A stretch of 64,000 bases of DNA, from contig JAULAX010000018.1 in NCBI GenBank assembly GCA_032654565.1, positions 384,001 to 448,000 on the forward strand, in the 5' to 3' direction. This DNA is from Anaeromyxobacteraceae bacterium (lineage in GTDB: Bacteria; Myxococcota; Myxococcia; Myxococcales; Anaeromyxobacteraceae). The notes under the pieces are model-generated. The model was not told the DNA's origin. It ran no database searches and worked only from the letters and a program-made list of their open reading frames with translations. This document shows positions 44,482 through 53,998 of this stretch, one piece after another (within the stretch, counting starts at the first letter, position 1; each line of letters starts with the position of its first letter). Position numbers and translations under genes: made by a program.

Positions 44482-44672
44482 CTCACCACCCCGTCAGCTT
44501 CCCCCACTCAGCCTCGTCACCACGTCAGTCGTCTCCGGCCGCGGTCGGGGACTGCCTGGGGACGGCTCTCCAGCCTGAGTCCAGGGGGTCCTCCCGCTTC
44601 GACGCCTCGGTTCAGGCGTCAGGTGGACCCTTCTGAGCGTGTTCGGGCGACGGTTCACTACCTGGCGACCCA

Positions 44673-44730
44673 AGTTGACCCAGCCGTACCCCGCGAGCGA
44701 CTGGCGAGGTCTCAACTACTCCCGGACCGG
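44673..44730 (-). repeat. REP-like element, right flank of RAYT, inverted relative to the left one
   Basis: Reverse complement CCGGTCCGGGA-GTAG-TTG matches the left copy at 14/18; AGTTGA...TCAACT closes an imperfect hairpin. Confidence 0.55.
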
Positions 44731-44737
44731 TGCGGCT

Positions 44738-45460
44738 TCATCCACCCAGGTACGCCGCCTGGACCCGCGGGTCCTCGACCAGCTCCCTCGCCGCACCCTG
44801 GAGGGCCAGGCGTCCATGCTCGAGGACGTAGGCATAACTACTCTCGGACAGGGCCAGCCGGGCGTTCTGTTCGACCAGCAGGATGGTCGTCCCCTCCCGG
44901 TGGATCTCCCGGATGGTCTCGAAGATCTGCTGCACCAGGATCGGCGACAGCCCCATGGAGGGCTCATCGAGCAACATGACTCTGGGACGGGCCAGCAGGG
45001 CCCGGGCGAACGCCAGCATCTGCTGCTGGCCGCCCGACAGCGACCCCGCCAGCTGCCGCCGCCGCTCCCCGAGGATGGGGAACCGCCGGTACTGGTCCTC
45101 GATGGCCGCCGCCAGCCCGCCCGCCGGCTGGCGCAGCTCACCCGCCAGCCGCAAGTTCTCCTCGATGGTCATCCGCCCCAGGATGGCGCGCCCCTCGGGC
45201 ACCAGCGTCAGGCCCGCCGCCACCGTCCGGTGCGCCGGGAAGCCGGTCACGTCGACGCCGCCGAGCCGCACCCGCCCGGCCCGCGGCCGGACCAGCCCGG
45301 CCAGCGCCGACAGGATCGAGGTCTTGCCGGCCCCGTTCGGCCCGATCAGGGTGACGATCTCCCCCTCGCCGACCCGCAGCGACACGCCGCGCACCGCCTC
45401 GACCTGCCCGTAGGCGACGTGCAGGTCCTCCACCTCCAGCAGCGGCGCCGCGGTGCTCAT
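44738..45460 (-). CDS. livF: Branched-chain amino acid ABC transporter ATPase
   Basis: GPNGAGKT, LSGGQQQMLA, LDEPSMGL, AYLG. Confidence 0.92.
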   Translation of the reverse strand: MSTAAPLLEVEDLHVAYGQVEAVRGVSLRVGEGEIVTLIGPNGAGKTSILSALAGLVRPRAGRVRLGGVDVTGFPAHRTVAAGLTLVPEGRAILGRMTIEENLRLAGELRQPAGGLAAAIEDQYRRFPILGERRRQLAGSLSGGQQQMLAFARALLARPRVMLLDEPSMGLSPILVQQIFETIREIHREGTTILLVEQNARLALSESSYAYVLEHGRLALQGAARELVEDPRVQAAYLGG

Positions 45461-46221
45461 CGCGCGCTCCCCAGGTAGGCGGTGATCACCGCCGGGTCGG
45501 CCGCGACCGCCGCCGGGGTCCCCTCGGCGATCACCTTGCCGAAGTTGAGCACGGTGATCCGGTCGCAGACGTCCATGACCAGCCGCACGTTGTGCTCGAC
45601 CAGCAACACCGAGTGGCCCTCGGCGGCGACCTGCCGGATCAACTGCGCCACGCCCTGCACCTCGACCGGGTTCATGCCGGCGGTCGGCTCGTCGAGCAGC
45701 AGCAGCCGCGGCTCGCTGGCCAGGGCCCGGGCGATCTCCACCCGGCGCTGCTCACCGTAGGAGAGGTGGCGGGCCTCCTCGTCGACCCGCTCCGGCAGGC
45801 CGACCCGTCCCAGCAGGGCCGCGGCCCGGTCACGGGCCTCCACGGCCTCGACCCGCGCGCTGCGCAGGAGCAGCAGGCGGGCCAGCAGCGAGGGGTTCCG
45901 GCGGCGGTGCTGCCCCACCAGGACGTTGTCCCGCGCCGTCAGCTCGGGGAAGAGCCGGATGTTCTGGAAGGTCCGGGCCACGCCCATCCCGGCGATCCGG
46001 TGCGGCGGGAGGCCGGCGATGGGCAGCCCCCCCAGTTCGATGGCGCCGGCGCTGGGGGCCAGCAGCCCGGAGACCAGGTTGATGAGCGTGGTCTTGCCGG
46101 CGCCGTTCGGCCCGATCAGCCCGTGGACCGTCCCGGCCGCCACCTCGAAGCTGGCGTCGTCGACGGCGCGCACCCCGCCGAAGGTCCGCTCCACGCCGCG
46201 CAGCGAGAGCAGCGCGCTCAC
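45457..46221 (-). CDS. livG: Branched-chain amino acid ABC transporter ATPase
   Basis: GPNGAGKTT, ARTFQNIRLF, LSYGEQRRVEIARA. Confidence 0.92.
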   Translation of the reverse strand: MSALLSLRGVERTFGGVRAVDDASFEVAAGTVHGLIGPNGAGKTTLINLVSGLLAPSAGAIELGGLPIAGLPPHRIAGMGVARTFQNIRLFPELTARDNVLVGQHRRRNPSLLARLLLLRSARVEAVEARDRAAALLGRVGLPERVDEEARHLSYGEQRRVEIARALASEPRLLLLDEPTAGMNPVEVQGVAQLIRQVAAEGHSVLLVEHNVRLVMDVCDRITVLNFGKVIAEGTPAAVAADPAVITAYLGSAR

Positions 46222-47138
46222 GTCGAGGTCCCCGCTCCGGCCCGGGCCATCCGCCTGGAGCGCCGCGCCGCGCGCCGCTCCCGGAGCTGGCGAGGCAGCG
46301 AGACCAGCCCGGCCGGCAGGAAGAGGATCACCAGCAGCAGCACCAGCCCGTTGACCAGCATGCGCAGCGGCCCCGGCTCGATGCCGACCAGCGGGGCCGC
46401 CTCGCGCAGCACCTCGGGCAGCACGGTGAGGAAGCCGGCGCCGACCACCGGGCCCCAGAAGATCTGGGCGCCGCCGACCACGGCGAAGACCAGCATGTCG
46501 ACCACCCGCGAGAAGCCGAAGCCGTTGGGCGCCACCATGAAGGTGAAGTGGGCCTCCAGCCCGCCGGCCAGCCCGGCCAGCGCCGCGCCCAGCACCAGCA
46601 TCGCCAGCTTGTACCCGGTGGTGTGGATCCCCATGGTCCGGGCCGCCGGCTCGTCCTCGCGGATGGCCTCCAGGGCGAAGCCCCACTTCGACCCGCGCAC
46701 CCGCCAGAGCACGAAGAGGGTCACCGCCACCGCCAGGTAGATCATCCAGATCGAGGCCTTCTGCGGGATGGCCACGATCCCCTGCGCCCCGTTGACGTAC
46801 TCCCAGTTGACGAGGCCGAGCCGCACCACCTCGCCGAAGCCGATGGTGGCGATGGCCAGGAAGACCCCCTTGAGCCGGAGCACCGGCAGGCCGAGCGGCA
46901 CCGCCACCAGCGCCGGCAGCAGGGCCGCCACCAGCAGCGCCACCGGGAGGGGCAGGTCGGCCTTCATGGTGGCCAGGGCGCTGGCGTAGGCGCCGATGGC
47001 GGCGAAGCCGGCGCTGCCCAGCGCCAGCTGGCCACAGGAGAGCGAGACGTAGATGGAGAGCCCCAGCAGCGCGTTGATGCCGATGTAGCCGAAGGTCGAC
47101 TGGTAGGACAGGTAGAAGTCGGAGAGTTGTTCCAACAA
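46218..47138 (-). CDS. livM: Branched-chain amino acid ABC permease
   Basis: LRLKGVFLAIATIGFGE, AIREDEPAA. Confidence 0.88.
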   Translation of the reverse strand: MLEQLSDFYLSYQSTFGYIGINALLGLSIYVSLSCGQLALGSAGFAAIGAYASALATMKADLPLPVALLVAALLPALVAVPLGLPVLRLKGVFLAIATIGFGEVVRLGLVNWEYVNGAQGIVAIPQKASIWMIYLAVAVTLFVLWRVRGSKWGFALEAIREDEPAARTMGIHTTGYKLAMLVLGAALAGLAGGLEAHFTFMVAPNGFGFSRVVDMLVFAVVGGAQIFWGPVVGAGFLTVLPEVLREAAPLVGIEPGPLRMLVNGLVLLLVILFLPAGLVSLPRQLRERRAARRSRRMARAGAGTST

Positions 47139-47142
47139 GGGG

Positions 47143-48027
47143 TCAGGCCTCCCGGGTCACGGCGGCGCCCAGCAGGCCGCGCGGGCGCAGGACCAGGAAG
47201 AGGAAGAGCCCGGCGAAGGAGATGGCGTCGCGCCACGACCCGCCCAGGTTGGCCACCACGAAGACCTCGATGAGGCCGAGGGCGAAGCCGGCCAGCACCG
47301 CGCCCGGCATCGAGCCCATGCCGCCGAGGATGATCACCGCCAGCCCCTTCAGCTCCACGCCGCGCCCCATGTCGGGCGAGATGGAGTTGAAGGCCAGCCC
47401 GTAGAGCACGCCGGCGGCGCCGCCCAGGGCGGAGGAGATGAAGAAGGAGGCGGCGATGGCCCGGTCGACGTCGACGCCCAGCACCCGCGCCGCTCGCGGG
47501 CTCTCGGCCACCGCCCGCACCTCGCGCCCCAGCCGCGTCCGCTTCACCAGCCAGGTGAGCGCCAGGAAGAGCAGCACCGCCACGGCGATGATGGTGAGCT
47601 GCAGCCGCGAGACCGTGCCCCCGAAGAGCCGCAGCTGGTTGGCCGGCCCGTCCGGCAGCGTGCCGAACGGGAAGCGGGTGATGTTGGGCCCCCAGATCTC
47701 CAGCGCCACCGCCTCGATGATGGTGGCGGCCGCCAGCGAGCTGATCAGGCCGGAGATGTTGGAGTCGGTCCGGGCCCGCAGCGGGCGGAAGGCCACCCGC
47801 TCCAGCACCAGCCCCAGCACCCCGGCGAAGAGGACCGCCGCCGGGAGCGCCAGCAGGATGTGGAGGCCATGCCCCACCAGCGCCACGGCCACGAAGGTGG
47901 CCGCCATGAAGACGGCGGCGTGGGCCAGGTTGAGGATGTCGAGGACGCCGAAGACGAGCGTGTAGCCGAGCGCGAACAGGGCGTAGATGCTCCCCAGGAA
48001 CAGCCCGTTGATGACCTGCTGCCCCAC
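47143..48027 (-). CDS. livH: Branched-chain amino acid ABC permease
   Basis: QQVINGLFLGSIYALFALGYTLVFG, NLAH, RPRGLLG. Confidence 0.9.
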   Translation of the reverse strand: MGQQVINGLFLGSIYALFALGYTLVFGVLDILNLAHAAVFMAATFVAVALVGHGLHILLALPAAVLFAGVLGLVLERVAFRPLRARTDSNISGLISSLAAATIIEAVALEIWGPNITRFPFGTLPDGPANQLRLFGGTVSRLQLTIIAVAVLLFLALTWLVKRTRLGREVRAVAESPRAARVLGVDVDRAIAASFFISSALGGAAGVLYGLAFNSISPDMGRGVELKGLAVIILGGMGSMPGAVLAGFALGLIEVFVVANLGGSWRDAISFAGLFLFLVLRPRGLLGAAVTREA

Positions 48028-48045
48028 GCTCGCCTCCGGTTCCGG

Positions 48046-49167
48046 CTACAGCACGATCTGGAACTTGCCGTCCTTGACCACCTGCAGGGCGGGGTCGTGG
48101 TTGCCGTCGCGGCTCTCCAGGAAGGAGAAGGTGCCGAGCGGCGTGGCCAGCCCCTTGAGCTTGAGGAAGCCGGCGCGGACGTCGTCGCGCCCGCCCTTGC
48201 CGCCGGAGAGCTTGATGGCCTCGGCGATCACGGCCACGCCGGTCCAGGCCTGGGCGCAGAACTGGTCGGGCTCGTGGCCGCGGGCCGCCATGGTCTTGAG
48301 GAAGGCCTGGTTGGGCGCCTCGGTGCTCACCTTGTTCCAGGCGGTGCCGACGTAGACCCCCTCGGCGGCCGGGCCGGCGTTGGCGATCAGCTTCGGGCTG
48401 TTGAAGCCGTTGCCGCCGAAGATGGGCCCCTGCCAGCCGAGCTGCCGGGCCTGGGCCACGATGCCGGAGGCGTTCTCGACCAGCGCGGAGACCACCAGGA
48501 TCTCCGGCTTGGCGGCCAGCAGCGAGGTGAGCTGGGCGGTGTAGTCCTTGTCCGGCTTGGCGAAGGTCTGGGTGCCGACCACCTCGAGCTTCAGCGCCTC
48601 GACCGCGCCCTTCATGACGTTGTAGCCGGCCTGGGTGAAGGCGTCGTCGTTGCCGTAGATCATCCCGGCCTTCTTGAAGCCGAGCTTGGCCTGGAGCCGC
48701 TTGAGGGCGCCGGGGATGACCTGGCCCTCGGTCAGCGAGACCCGCCAGATGTAGTCGCCGATGTCGGTGATCCCCTTGGGCGCGGTGTTGGAGACGGCCA
48801 CCACCGGGACCTTGGCCCCCTGGGCGAGCGGATCGGCGGCGGTGGCGGTGTTGGAGAGGGTCGGGCCGATGATGGCCGAGACCTTGTGCTTGTTGATGAA
48901 GAGCTGGAAGACGGCGATGCCCTGCTCCTTGGTGGAGGCGTCGTCCTCGATTACGGCCTCCAGCTTGACGCCCTTGAGCGCGCCCGACTTGTTGATCTCC
49001 TCGACGGCGGCGAGGATGCCGGTCTTCTGCTGCGCGCCGTAGGCCGCCGCGGGGCCGGTGAGGCTGAGCGCGGCGCCGATCTTGACGACGGTCTCGGCAC
49101 GGGCGGTGCCGGTGAGCAGGAGCGAGGCGGCGGCAAAGACGAGGGAAATCCGACCTGCGATGCGCAT
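48046..49167 (-). CDS. Branched-chain amino acid ABC substrate-binding protein (LivK/LivJ-like)
   Basis: Signal peptide, KIG..LSLTG, IIGPTLS. Confidence 0.88.
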   Translation of the reverse strand: MRIAGRISLVFAAASLLLTGTARAETVVKIGAALSLTGPAAAYGAQQKTGILAAVEEINKSGALKGVKLEAVIEDDASTKEQGIAVFQLFINKHKVSAIIGPTLSNTATAADPLAQGAKVPVVAVSNTAPKGITDIGDYIWRVSLTEGQVIPGALKRLQAKLGFKKAGMIYGNDDAFTQAGYNVMKGAVEALKLEVVGTQTFAKPDKDYTAQLTSLLAAKPEILVVSALVENASGIVAQARQLGWQGPIFGGNGFNSPKLIANAGPAAEGVYVGTAWNKVSTEAPNQAFLKTMAARGHEPDQFCAQAWTGVAVIAEAIKLSGGKGGRDDVRAGFLKLKGLATPLGTFSFLESRDGNHDPALQVVKDGKFQIVL

Positions 49168-49283
49168 GAGAGATCCTCCAGGCAAATGGGGTGACGAACG
49201 GTTTTCGTACGCTGCGCGCCACTTCGCCGCAAGGGGCGTGTCGTGGCGCGGTGCGGCATGGGCGGTTCCGCGAAAGGCGGCCT

Positions 49284-49368
49284 GAACTACTCTGGGAGGG
49301 AGGGCTAGGACGGAGCGCCGAACTACTCCGGGACGGGTGGCGAGAGGTTCGGCGTGAACTACTCTGGG
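49284..49368 (+). repeat. Three 13-bp GAACTACTCYGGG repeats with a 36-bp period and unique 23-bp spacers
   Basis: Repeats at 49284, 49320 and 49356. Confidence 0.85.
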
Positions 49369-49412
49369 TCAGGAATAAGCCCCGGAACTTCGCCAACCTG
49401 GCCCCTCAGCCG

Positions 49413-49982
49413 CTACCCCTGGAACCTTCCCTCGATGGCGATCGCCTCGAGCGGGAGCCGGTCGCTCGGCGCCTCGCGCCCGCGCAGCTTCTCCGGGAGC
49501 TCCTCGACGCGCCCCGGGTGGCCGACCGCGATCATCACCTGCGGCTCCATCCCGGCCGGGAGCGCCGCTGCCGCCCGCGCCGCCTCCCGATCGAAGCCCC
49601 CCATGGCGTGGACCACCAGCCCGGAGAGCGTCCCCTGCAGCGCCAGCCCCATCCAGGCGGCGCCCGCATCGAACGGCGCCGAGGGGGCGGCCTTGCCGTC
49701 GTCGCGCACCACCCTGGCCGAGAGCAGCAGCAACGCCCCGGCCCGCAGGCACCACTCCTGGTTGCCCGGCACCAACGCGGCCAGGTAGAGGTCGAAGTGC
49801 GGGGTGCCGGCGAGCGCGTAGGCGAAGCGCCAGGGCTGGCCGTTGCCGCCCGACGGCGCCCAGCGGGCCGCCTCGAGCAGGGGGAGGAGCTGGGCCCGGG
49901 TCAACGGCGCGCCCGACATGGCGCGCGGCGACCAGCGGCGGAGGAAGAGCGGATCGATCGGCTGGGAGGAGGTCCGGGGCAT
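49413..49982 (-). CDS. Nitroreductase family protein
   Basis: RRWSPRAM, EAARWAPSGGNGQPWRF, HAMGGFD. Confidence 0.92.
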   Translation of the reverse strand: MPRTSSQPIDPLFLRRWSPRAMSGAPLTRAQLLPLLEAARWAPSGGNGQPWRFAYALAGTPHFDLYLAALVPGNQEWCLRAGALLLLSARVVRDDGKAAPSAPFDAGAAWMGLALQGTLSGLVVHAMGGFDREAARAAAALPAGMEPQVMIAVGHPGRVEELPEKLRGREAPSDRLPLEAIAIEGRFQG

Positions 49983-50049
49983 CCACCCAATCTAGCCGGG
50001 CCGCGCCGCCCCGCAACCTGCGCGGCGGGCAGCCCGGCGTGGACCGGCG

Positions 50050-51139
50050 CTACTTCGCGGCGATCCAGCCGTCTGTGGTGAGCAGCTCGGCGGTCAGCAC
50101 CGCGCCGCCGGCGGCGCCGCGCACGGTGTTGTGCGAGAGGGCCACGAAGCGCCAGTCGAAGAGGCTGTCCGGCCGGAGCCGGCCGATGGTGACCGCCATG
50201 CCGTTCCCGGCGTCGCGGTCGAGCCGGGTCTGCGGGCGGGAGTCGTCCTCGAAGTACTGCAGGAAGGGCTTCGGCGCGCTCGGCAGCGAGAGCTGCTGCG
50301 GCCGCCCGGCGAACTCCTTCCAGAGCTTCAGGATCTCCTCCTTGCTGGCCTTCTTCTCGAACTGCACGAAGACCGCGGCCATGTGGCCGTCGGAGGCCGG
50401 CACCCGGATGCACTGGGCGCTGATGACCGGGGTGCGGGCGGCGACGATGCCGCTCCCCTCGATCCGCCCCCCAGATCTTCATGGGCTCCTTCTCCGACTT
50501 CTCCTCCTCCCCCTTGATGAAGGGGATGAGGTTGTCGACCATCTCCGGCCAGGTCTCGAAGGTCTTGCCGGCCCCGGAGATCGCCTGGTAGGTGCAGACG
50601 GCGATCTTCTGCGGCCCGAACTTCAGCAGCGGGTGGATGGCCGGGACGTAGCTCTGCAGCGAGCAGTTGGGCTTCACGGCGATGAAGCCGCGCTTCACGC
50701 CGAGTCGCTTGCGCTGCAGCTCGATCACCTGGGCGTGCTCGGGGTTGAGCTCGGGCACCATCATGGGCACGTCGGGGGTGGCCCGGTGCGCCGAGTTGTT
50801 GGAGATGACCGGCGTCTCGGCGCGGGCGTAGTCCTCCTCCAGCTTCGCCGTCTCCTCCTTCGACATGTCGACCGCGCAGAAGACGAAGTCGACCTCGGCG
50901 GCGATGGCCTTGACGTCGGAGGCGTTGCGCACCGTGAGCGCGGCCGGCGCGGCGGGCATGGCGGTCTTGAGCGCCCAGCGCCCCTTGACGGCGTCGGCGT
51001 ACCTCTGGCCCGCCGAGTTGGCGCTGGCGGCCAGCAGCGTGACCTCGTACCAGGGGTGATTCTCCAGCAGGGCCAGGAACCGCTGGCCCACCATCCCGGT
51101 CGCGCCCAGCACTCCCACCCGCAGCTTCTTCTGGTTCAT
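50050..51139 (-). pseudogene. asd: Aspartate-semialdehyde dehydrogenase, split by a +1 frameshift (sequencing error possible)
   Basis: GATGMVGQ, PNCS, QAISGAG in one frame; DGH and HNTVRGAAGGA in another; one extra base in the C6 run at 50467-50472. Confidence 0.85.
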
Positions 51140-51304
51140 GACGCCCTGGCCTCCATGCCACCCGTTTCGAGGGGCGAGCACGATACCAGACCGCCCGACG
51201 GGGAGGCGAGCCGAAGCGCCGCGCCGCTCCTTCTTGCCGCACTCGCCAACCTGTCTACGCAGGCGGCGCTTGACGGCGTCGGGGAGGCCGCCTACCTGTA
51301 GCGG

Positions 51305-51817
51305 ATGCTGAGCCTGCTCGATGCGGCGCCCGACTTCACGGCCGAGGGCGTGACCGGCCGCGGCGAGCCGGTGGCGCAGCGGCTCTCGGACCTGCGCGGC
51401 GGCTGGGTGGTGCTGTTCTTCTACCCCCGTGACTTCAGCAGGATCTGCCCGACCGAGCTCCGCGAGCTGAGCAAGCGGACCGCCGAGCTGGAGGGGGCGG
51501 TGCTGGGGATCTCGATCGACGACGTCGCCACCCACCGGCGCTGGATCACCGAGGCCCTCGGCCCGGTGAGCTTCCCGCTGCTGGCCGATCCCGGGGGGGC
51601 CATCGCCCGCGCCTACGGGGCCTGGCTGGAGGCCGACGGCGTGGCTGGCCGCGCCACCTTCGTCATCGACCCGGCGGGCGTGATCCAGTACGCGGCCATC
51701 CACAGCCGGCGGGTGGGGCGGTCGATCTCGGAGCTGGTGCGGGTGCTGGAGGCGCTGCGGACCGGCGACGCCGTCCCCGCCGGCTGGCAGCCAGGCCAGC
51801 CGACGCTCGGCCGCTGA
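51305..51817 (+). CDS. Peroxiredoxin (AhpC/TSA family)
   Basis: FFYPRDFSRICPTE, RATFVIDP, GRSISE. Confidence 0.88.
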   Translation: MLSLLDAAPDFTAEGVTGRGEPVAQRLSDLRGGWVVLFFYPRDFSRICPTELRELSKRTAELEGAVLGISIDDVATHRRWITEALGPVSFPLLADPGGAIARAYGAWLEADGVAGRATFVIDPAGVIQYAAIHSRRVGRSISELVRVLEALRTGDAVPAGWQPGQPTLGR

Positions 51818-51847
51818 GCCGGCCGGCGCTTCCCGGGGCGGTCCCGC

Positions 51848-52057
51848 CTACTTCCCGCCGAGCAGCGAGATGGGCGAGACGCCCAGCGCCTTGGCGACCT
51901 TCTCCAGCATGTCGAGCGGGGGCGAGCGCTGCCCGCGCTCCAGCATCGACACGTAGGAGACGGAGATCCCGACCTTGTCGGCCAGGACCTTCTGGGAGAG
52001 CTTCTTCTTGCTGCGGAGCTTGCGGACGTTACCGGCGAAGCGAGTCACGAGGTCCAT
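51848..52057 (-). CDS. XRE-family HTH regulator
   Basis: LSQKVLADKVGISVSYVSMLERGQRSP. Confidence 0.9.
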   Translation of the reverse strand: MDLVTRFAGNVRKLRSKKKLSQKVLADKVGISVSYVSMLERGQRSPPLDMLEKVAKALGVSPISLLGGK

Positions 52058-52192
52058 GCACGCTAGGTAACGTTGGACCGCCCCGGAGGCAAACCCCTTT
52101 TCGGGGTCCATGGCAGAATTCGCCCCCGGGTGGATCTCCGGAGGGGCCGGTTGGTGGTAGGAACCCGGGCCGACCCCCCGCAGGAGCGCCGC

Positions 52193-53515
52193 ATGCCGAG
52201 CACCTCGCTGACCTTCGCCGACCGCGCCGCGCACCGGGCCTGGCTGGCCACCCAGGCCCGCCTGCCGCGGGGCTTCCGCGCCGGCGCCACCGCCTTCGAG
52301 TTCACCCCCTTCGAGGTGGAGAAGCCGGCCCGCATGAAGCTGGCGCTGCTCACCGTCGAGCCGCCCACCGCCGCCTTCGCGGCGGTCTTCACCCGGAACG
52401 CCTTCCCCGGGGCGCCGGTGCTGGTGGGGCGCCGCCGGCTCGGCGAGCCGCGCCTCGGCGCGGTGCTGGTCAACAACAAGATCTCCAACGTCTGCGCGCC
52501 GGGCGGGGTCGAGGCCTCGGAGCGGCTCTGCGCCGAGGTGGCCCGGTCGCTGGGGCTCCAGCCCACCGAGGTGCTGCCCTCCTCCACCGGGGTGATCGGC
52601 TGGCGGCTGCCGGTGGAGGCCATGGTGGCGGCGCTCCCCGGGGCGGCGGCCGGCCTGCAGGGCGAGAGCATCCTCCCGGCGGCCGACGGCATCATGACCA
52701 CCGACCTCTACCCCAAGGTGCGGCGCGTCGACCTGCCGGGCGGCGCCTCCATCGTCGGCATCGCCAAGGGGGCGGGGATGATCGAGCCCAACCTGGCCAC
52801 CATGCTCTGCTACCTGCTCACCGACGCCGACGTCGACCGGGCCACCCTGCGGGCGGCGCTGGCGGCGGCGGTGGACGCCAGCTTCAACGCCATCTCCATC
52901 GACTCCGACACCTCCACCAGCGACACGGTGGTGGCGCTGGCCTCGGGCCGGGCCGGTCCGGTGGCCCCGGCGGCCTTCCAGGCCGGCCTCACCCGGGTGT
53001 GCCGGGACCTGGCCGAGGACGTGGTCCGCAACGGCGAGGGGGTGCGCCACGTCCTGCGGGTCACGGTGCGCGGGGCGCCCGACGCGGCGGCGGCGCGGCA
53101 GCTGGGGAAGGCGGTGGTCAACTCGCCGCTGCTCAAGACCGCGGTGGCCGGCAACGACCCCAACGTCGGGCGGCTGGTGGCGGCGCTCGGCAAGGAGGCC
53201 GGGGCCCGCGGCATCCCCCTCGATCCGGACCGGGCCCGCATCACCATGGGCGGCGAGGTGATCCTGGAGGGCGGCCTCTTCCGGCTCGACCGCGAGAAGG
53301 AGCGCCGGCTCACCGCCCACCTCCAGGCCGCCGAGCTCTACCCCCAGGCCCCGGCGGCCGACGGCATCACCTTCAAGCCGCCGGTCGACTTCCCGCCCCA
53401 CGAGCGGGCGGTGGAGGTGGAGATCGGGCTGGGGCTGGGGACCGGCGAGGCCGAGGTGCTGGGCGCCGACCTGACCCACGAGTACGTCACCGAGAACGCC
53501 GACTACCGCAGCTGA
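52193..53515 (+). CDS. argJ: Ornithine acetyltransferase / N-acetylglutamate synthase
   Basis: SSTGVIG, IMTTD, AKGAGMIEPNLATML, DTSTSDTV, YVTENADYRS. Confidence 0.93.
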   Translation: MPSTSLTFADRAAHRAWLATQARLPRGFRAGATAFEFTPFEVEKPARMKLALLTVEPPTAAFAAVFTRNAFPGAPVLVGRRRLGEPRLGAVLVNNKISNVCAPGGVEASERLCAEVARSLGLQPTEVLPSSTGVIGWRLPVEAMVAALPGAAAGLQGESILPAADGIMTTDLYPKVRRVDLPGGASIVGIAKGAGMIEPNLATMLCYLLTDADVDRATLRAALAAAVDASFNAISIDSDTSTSDTVVALASGRAGPVAPAAFQAGLTRVCRDLAEDVVRNGEGVRHVLRVTVRGAPDAAAARQLGKAVVNSPLLKTAVAGNDPNVGRLVAALGKEAGARGIPLDPDRARITMGGEVILEGGLFRLDREKERRLTAHLQAAELYPQAPAADGITFKPPVDFPPHERAVEVEIGLGLGTGEAEVLGADLTHEYVTENADYRS

Positions 53516-53659
53516 CCCGCGGCGTGGTCCGGCCCCGCGGCGCCGGCCCGGCCGTCCGTTCGCCGGTTCGCGAGGCGGGCTTGCGCCCCGCGTCATGACA
53601 ACCTCGGGCCATTCTGCTGGGATTCCACTCACCGGGAGTCCTGCTTCACGGAGGTCATC

Positions 53660-53998
53660 GTGGCCTCGCCGTCCAGCCACCCCGAGCTGCCACCGCCTCA
53701 CGACCTGGTCGTGGAGACCTTCGAGGCCGGCGGGCACGCCTTCGCCATCCTGGAGTGGCCGACGGGAGGACCGTCGCCGCGCCCGGCCATGACCCCGGCC
53801 GAGGAGGCGGTGCTGGAGCTGCTCCTGGCCGGCCTGTCCAACGCCGAGATCGCGCTGCGGCGGGGCCGGTCGGCCCGCACCGTGGCCCACCAGGTGGAGG
53901 CGATCTTCCGCCGGCTCGGCGTCGGCTCGCGCCCGGAGCTCTTCGCGCTCCTCTCCCGCTCCCGGTCGGGGCGGGCGCCGACGAGGGAGACGCCGTGA
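53660..53998 (+). CDS. Small LuxR-type HTH regulator
   Basis: MTPAEEAVL..GLSNAEIA..RTVAHQV..IFRRLGV. Confidence 0.85.
   Translation: MASPSSHPELPPPHDLVVETFEAGGHAFAILEWPTGGPSPRPAMTPAEEAVLELLLAGLSNAEIALRRGRSARTVAHQVEAIFRRLGVGSRPELFALLSRSRSGRAPTRETP

Noticed and set aside
47118..47132. Further motif copy GTCGGAGAGTTGTTC at the livM start
   Set aside because: Only 12/15 match, and AT-rich codons are normal at gene starts
49284..49368. True CRISPR array
   Set aside because: Repeats only 13 bp, three copies, no cas genes or leader; kept as a repeat finding instead
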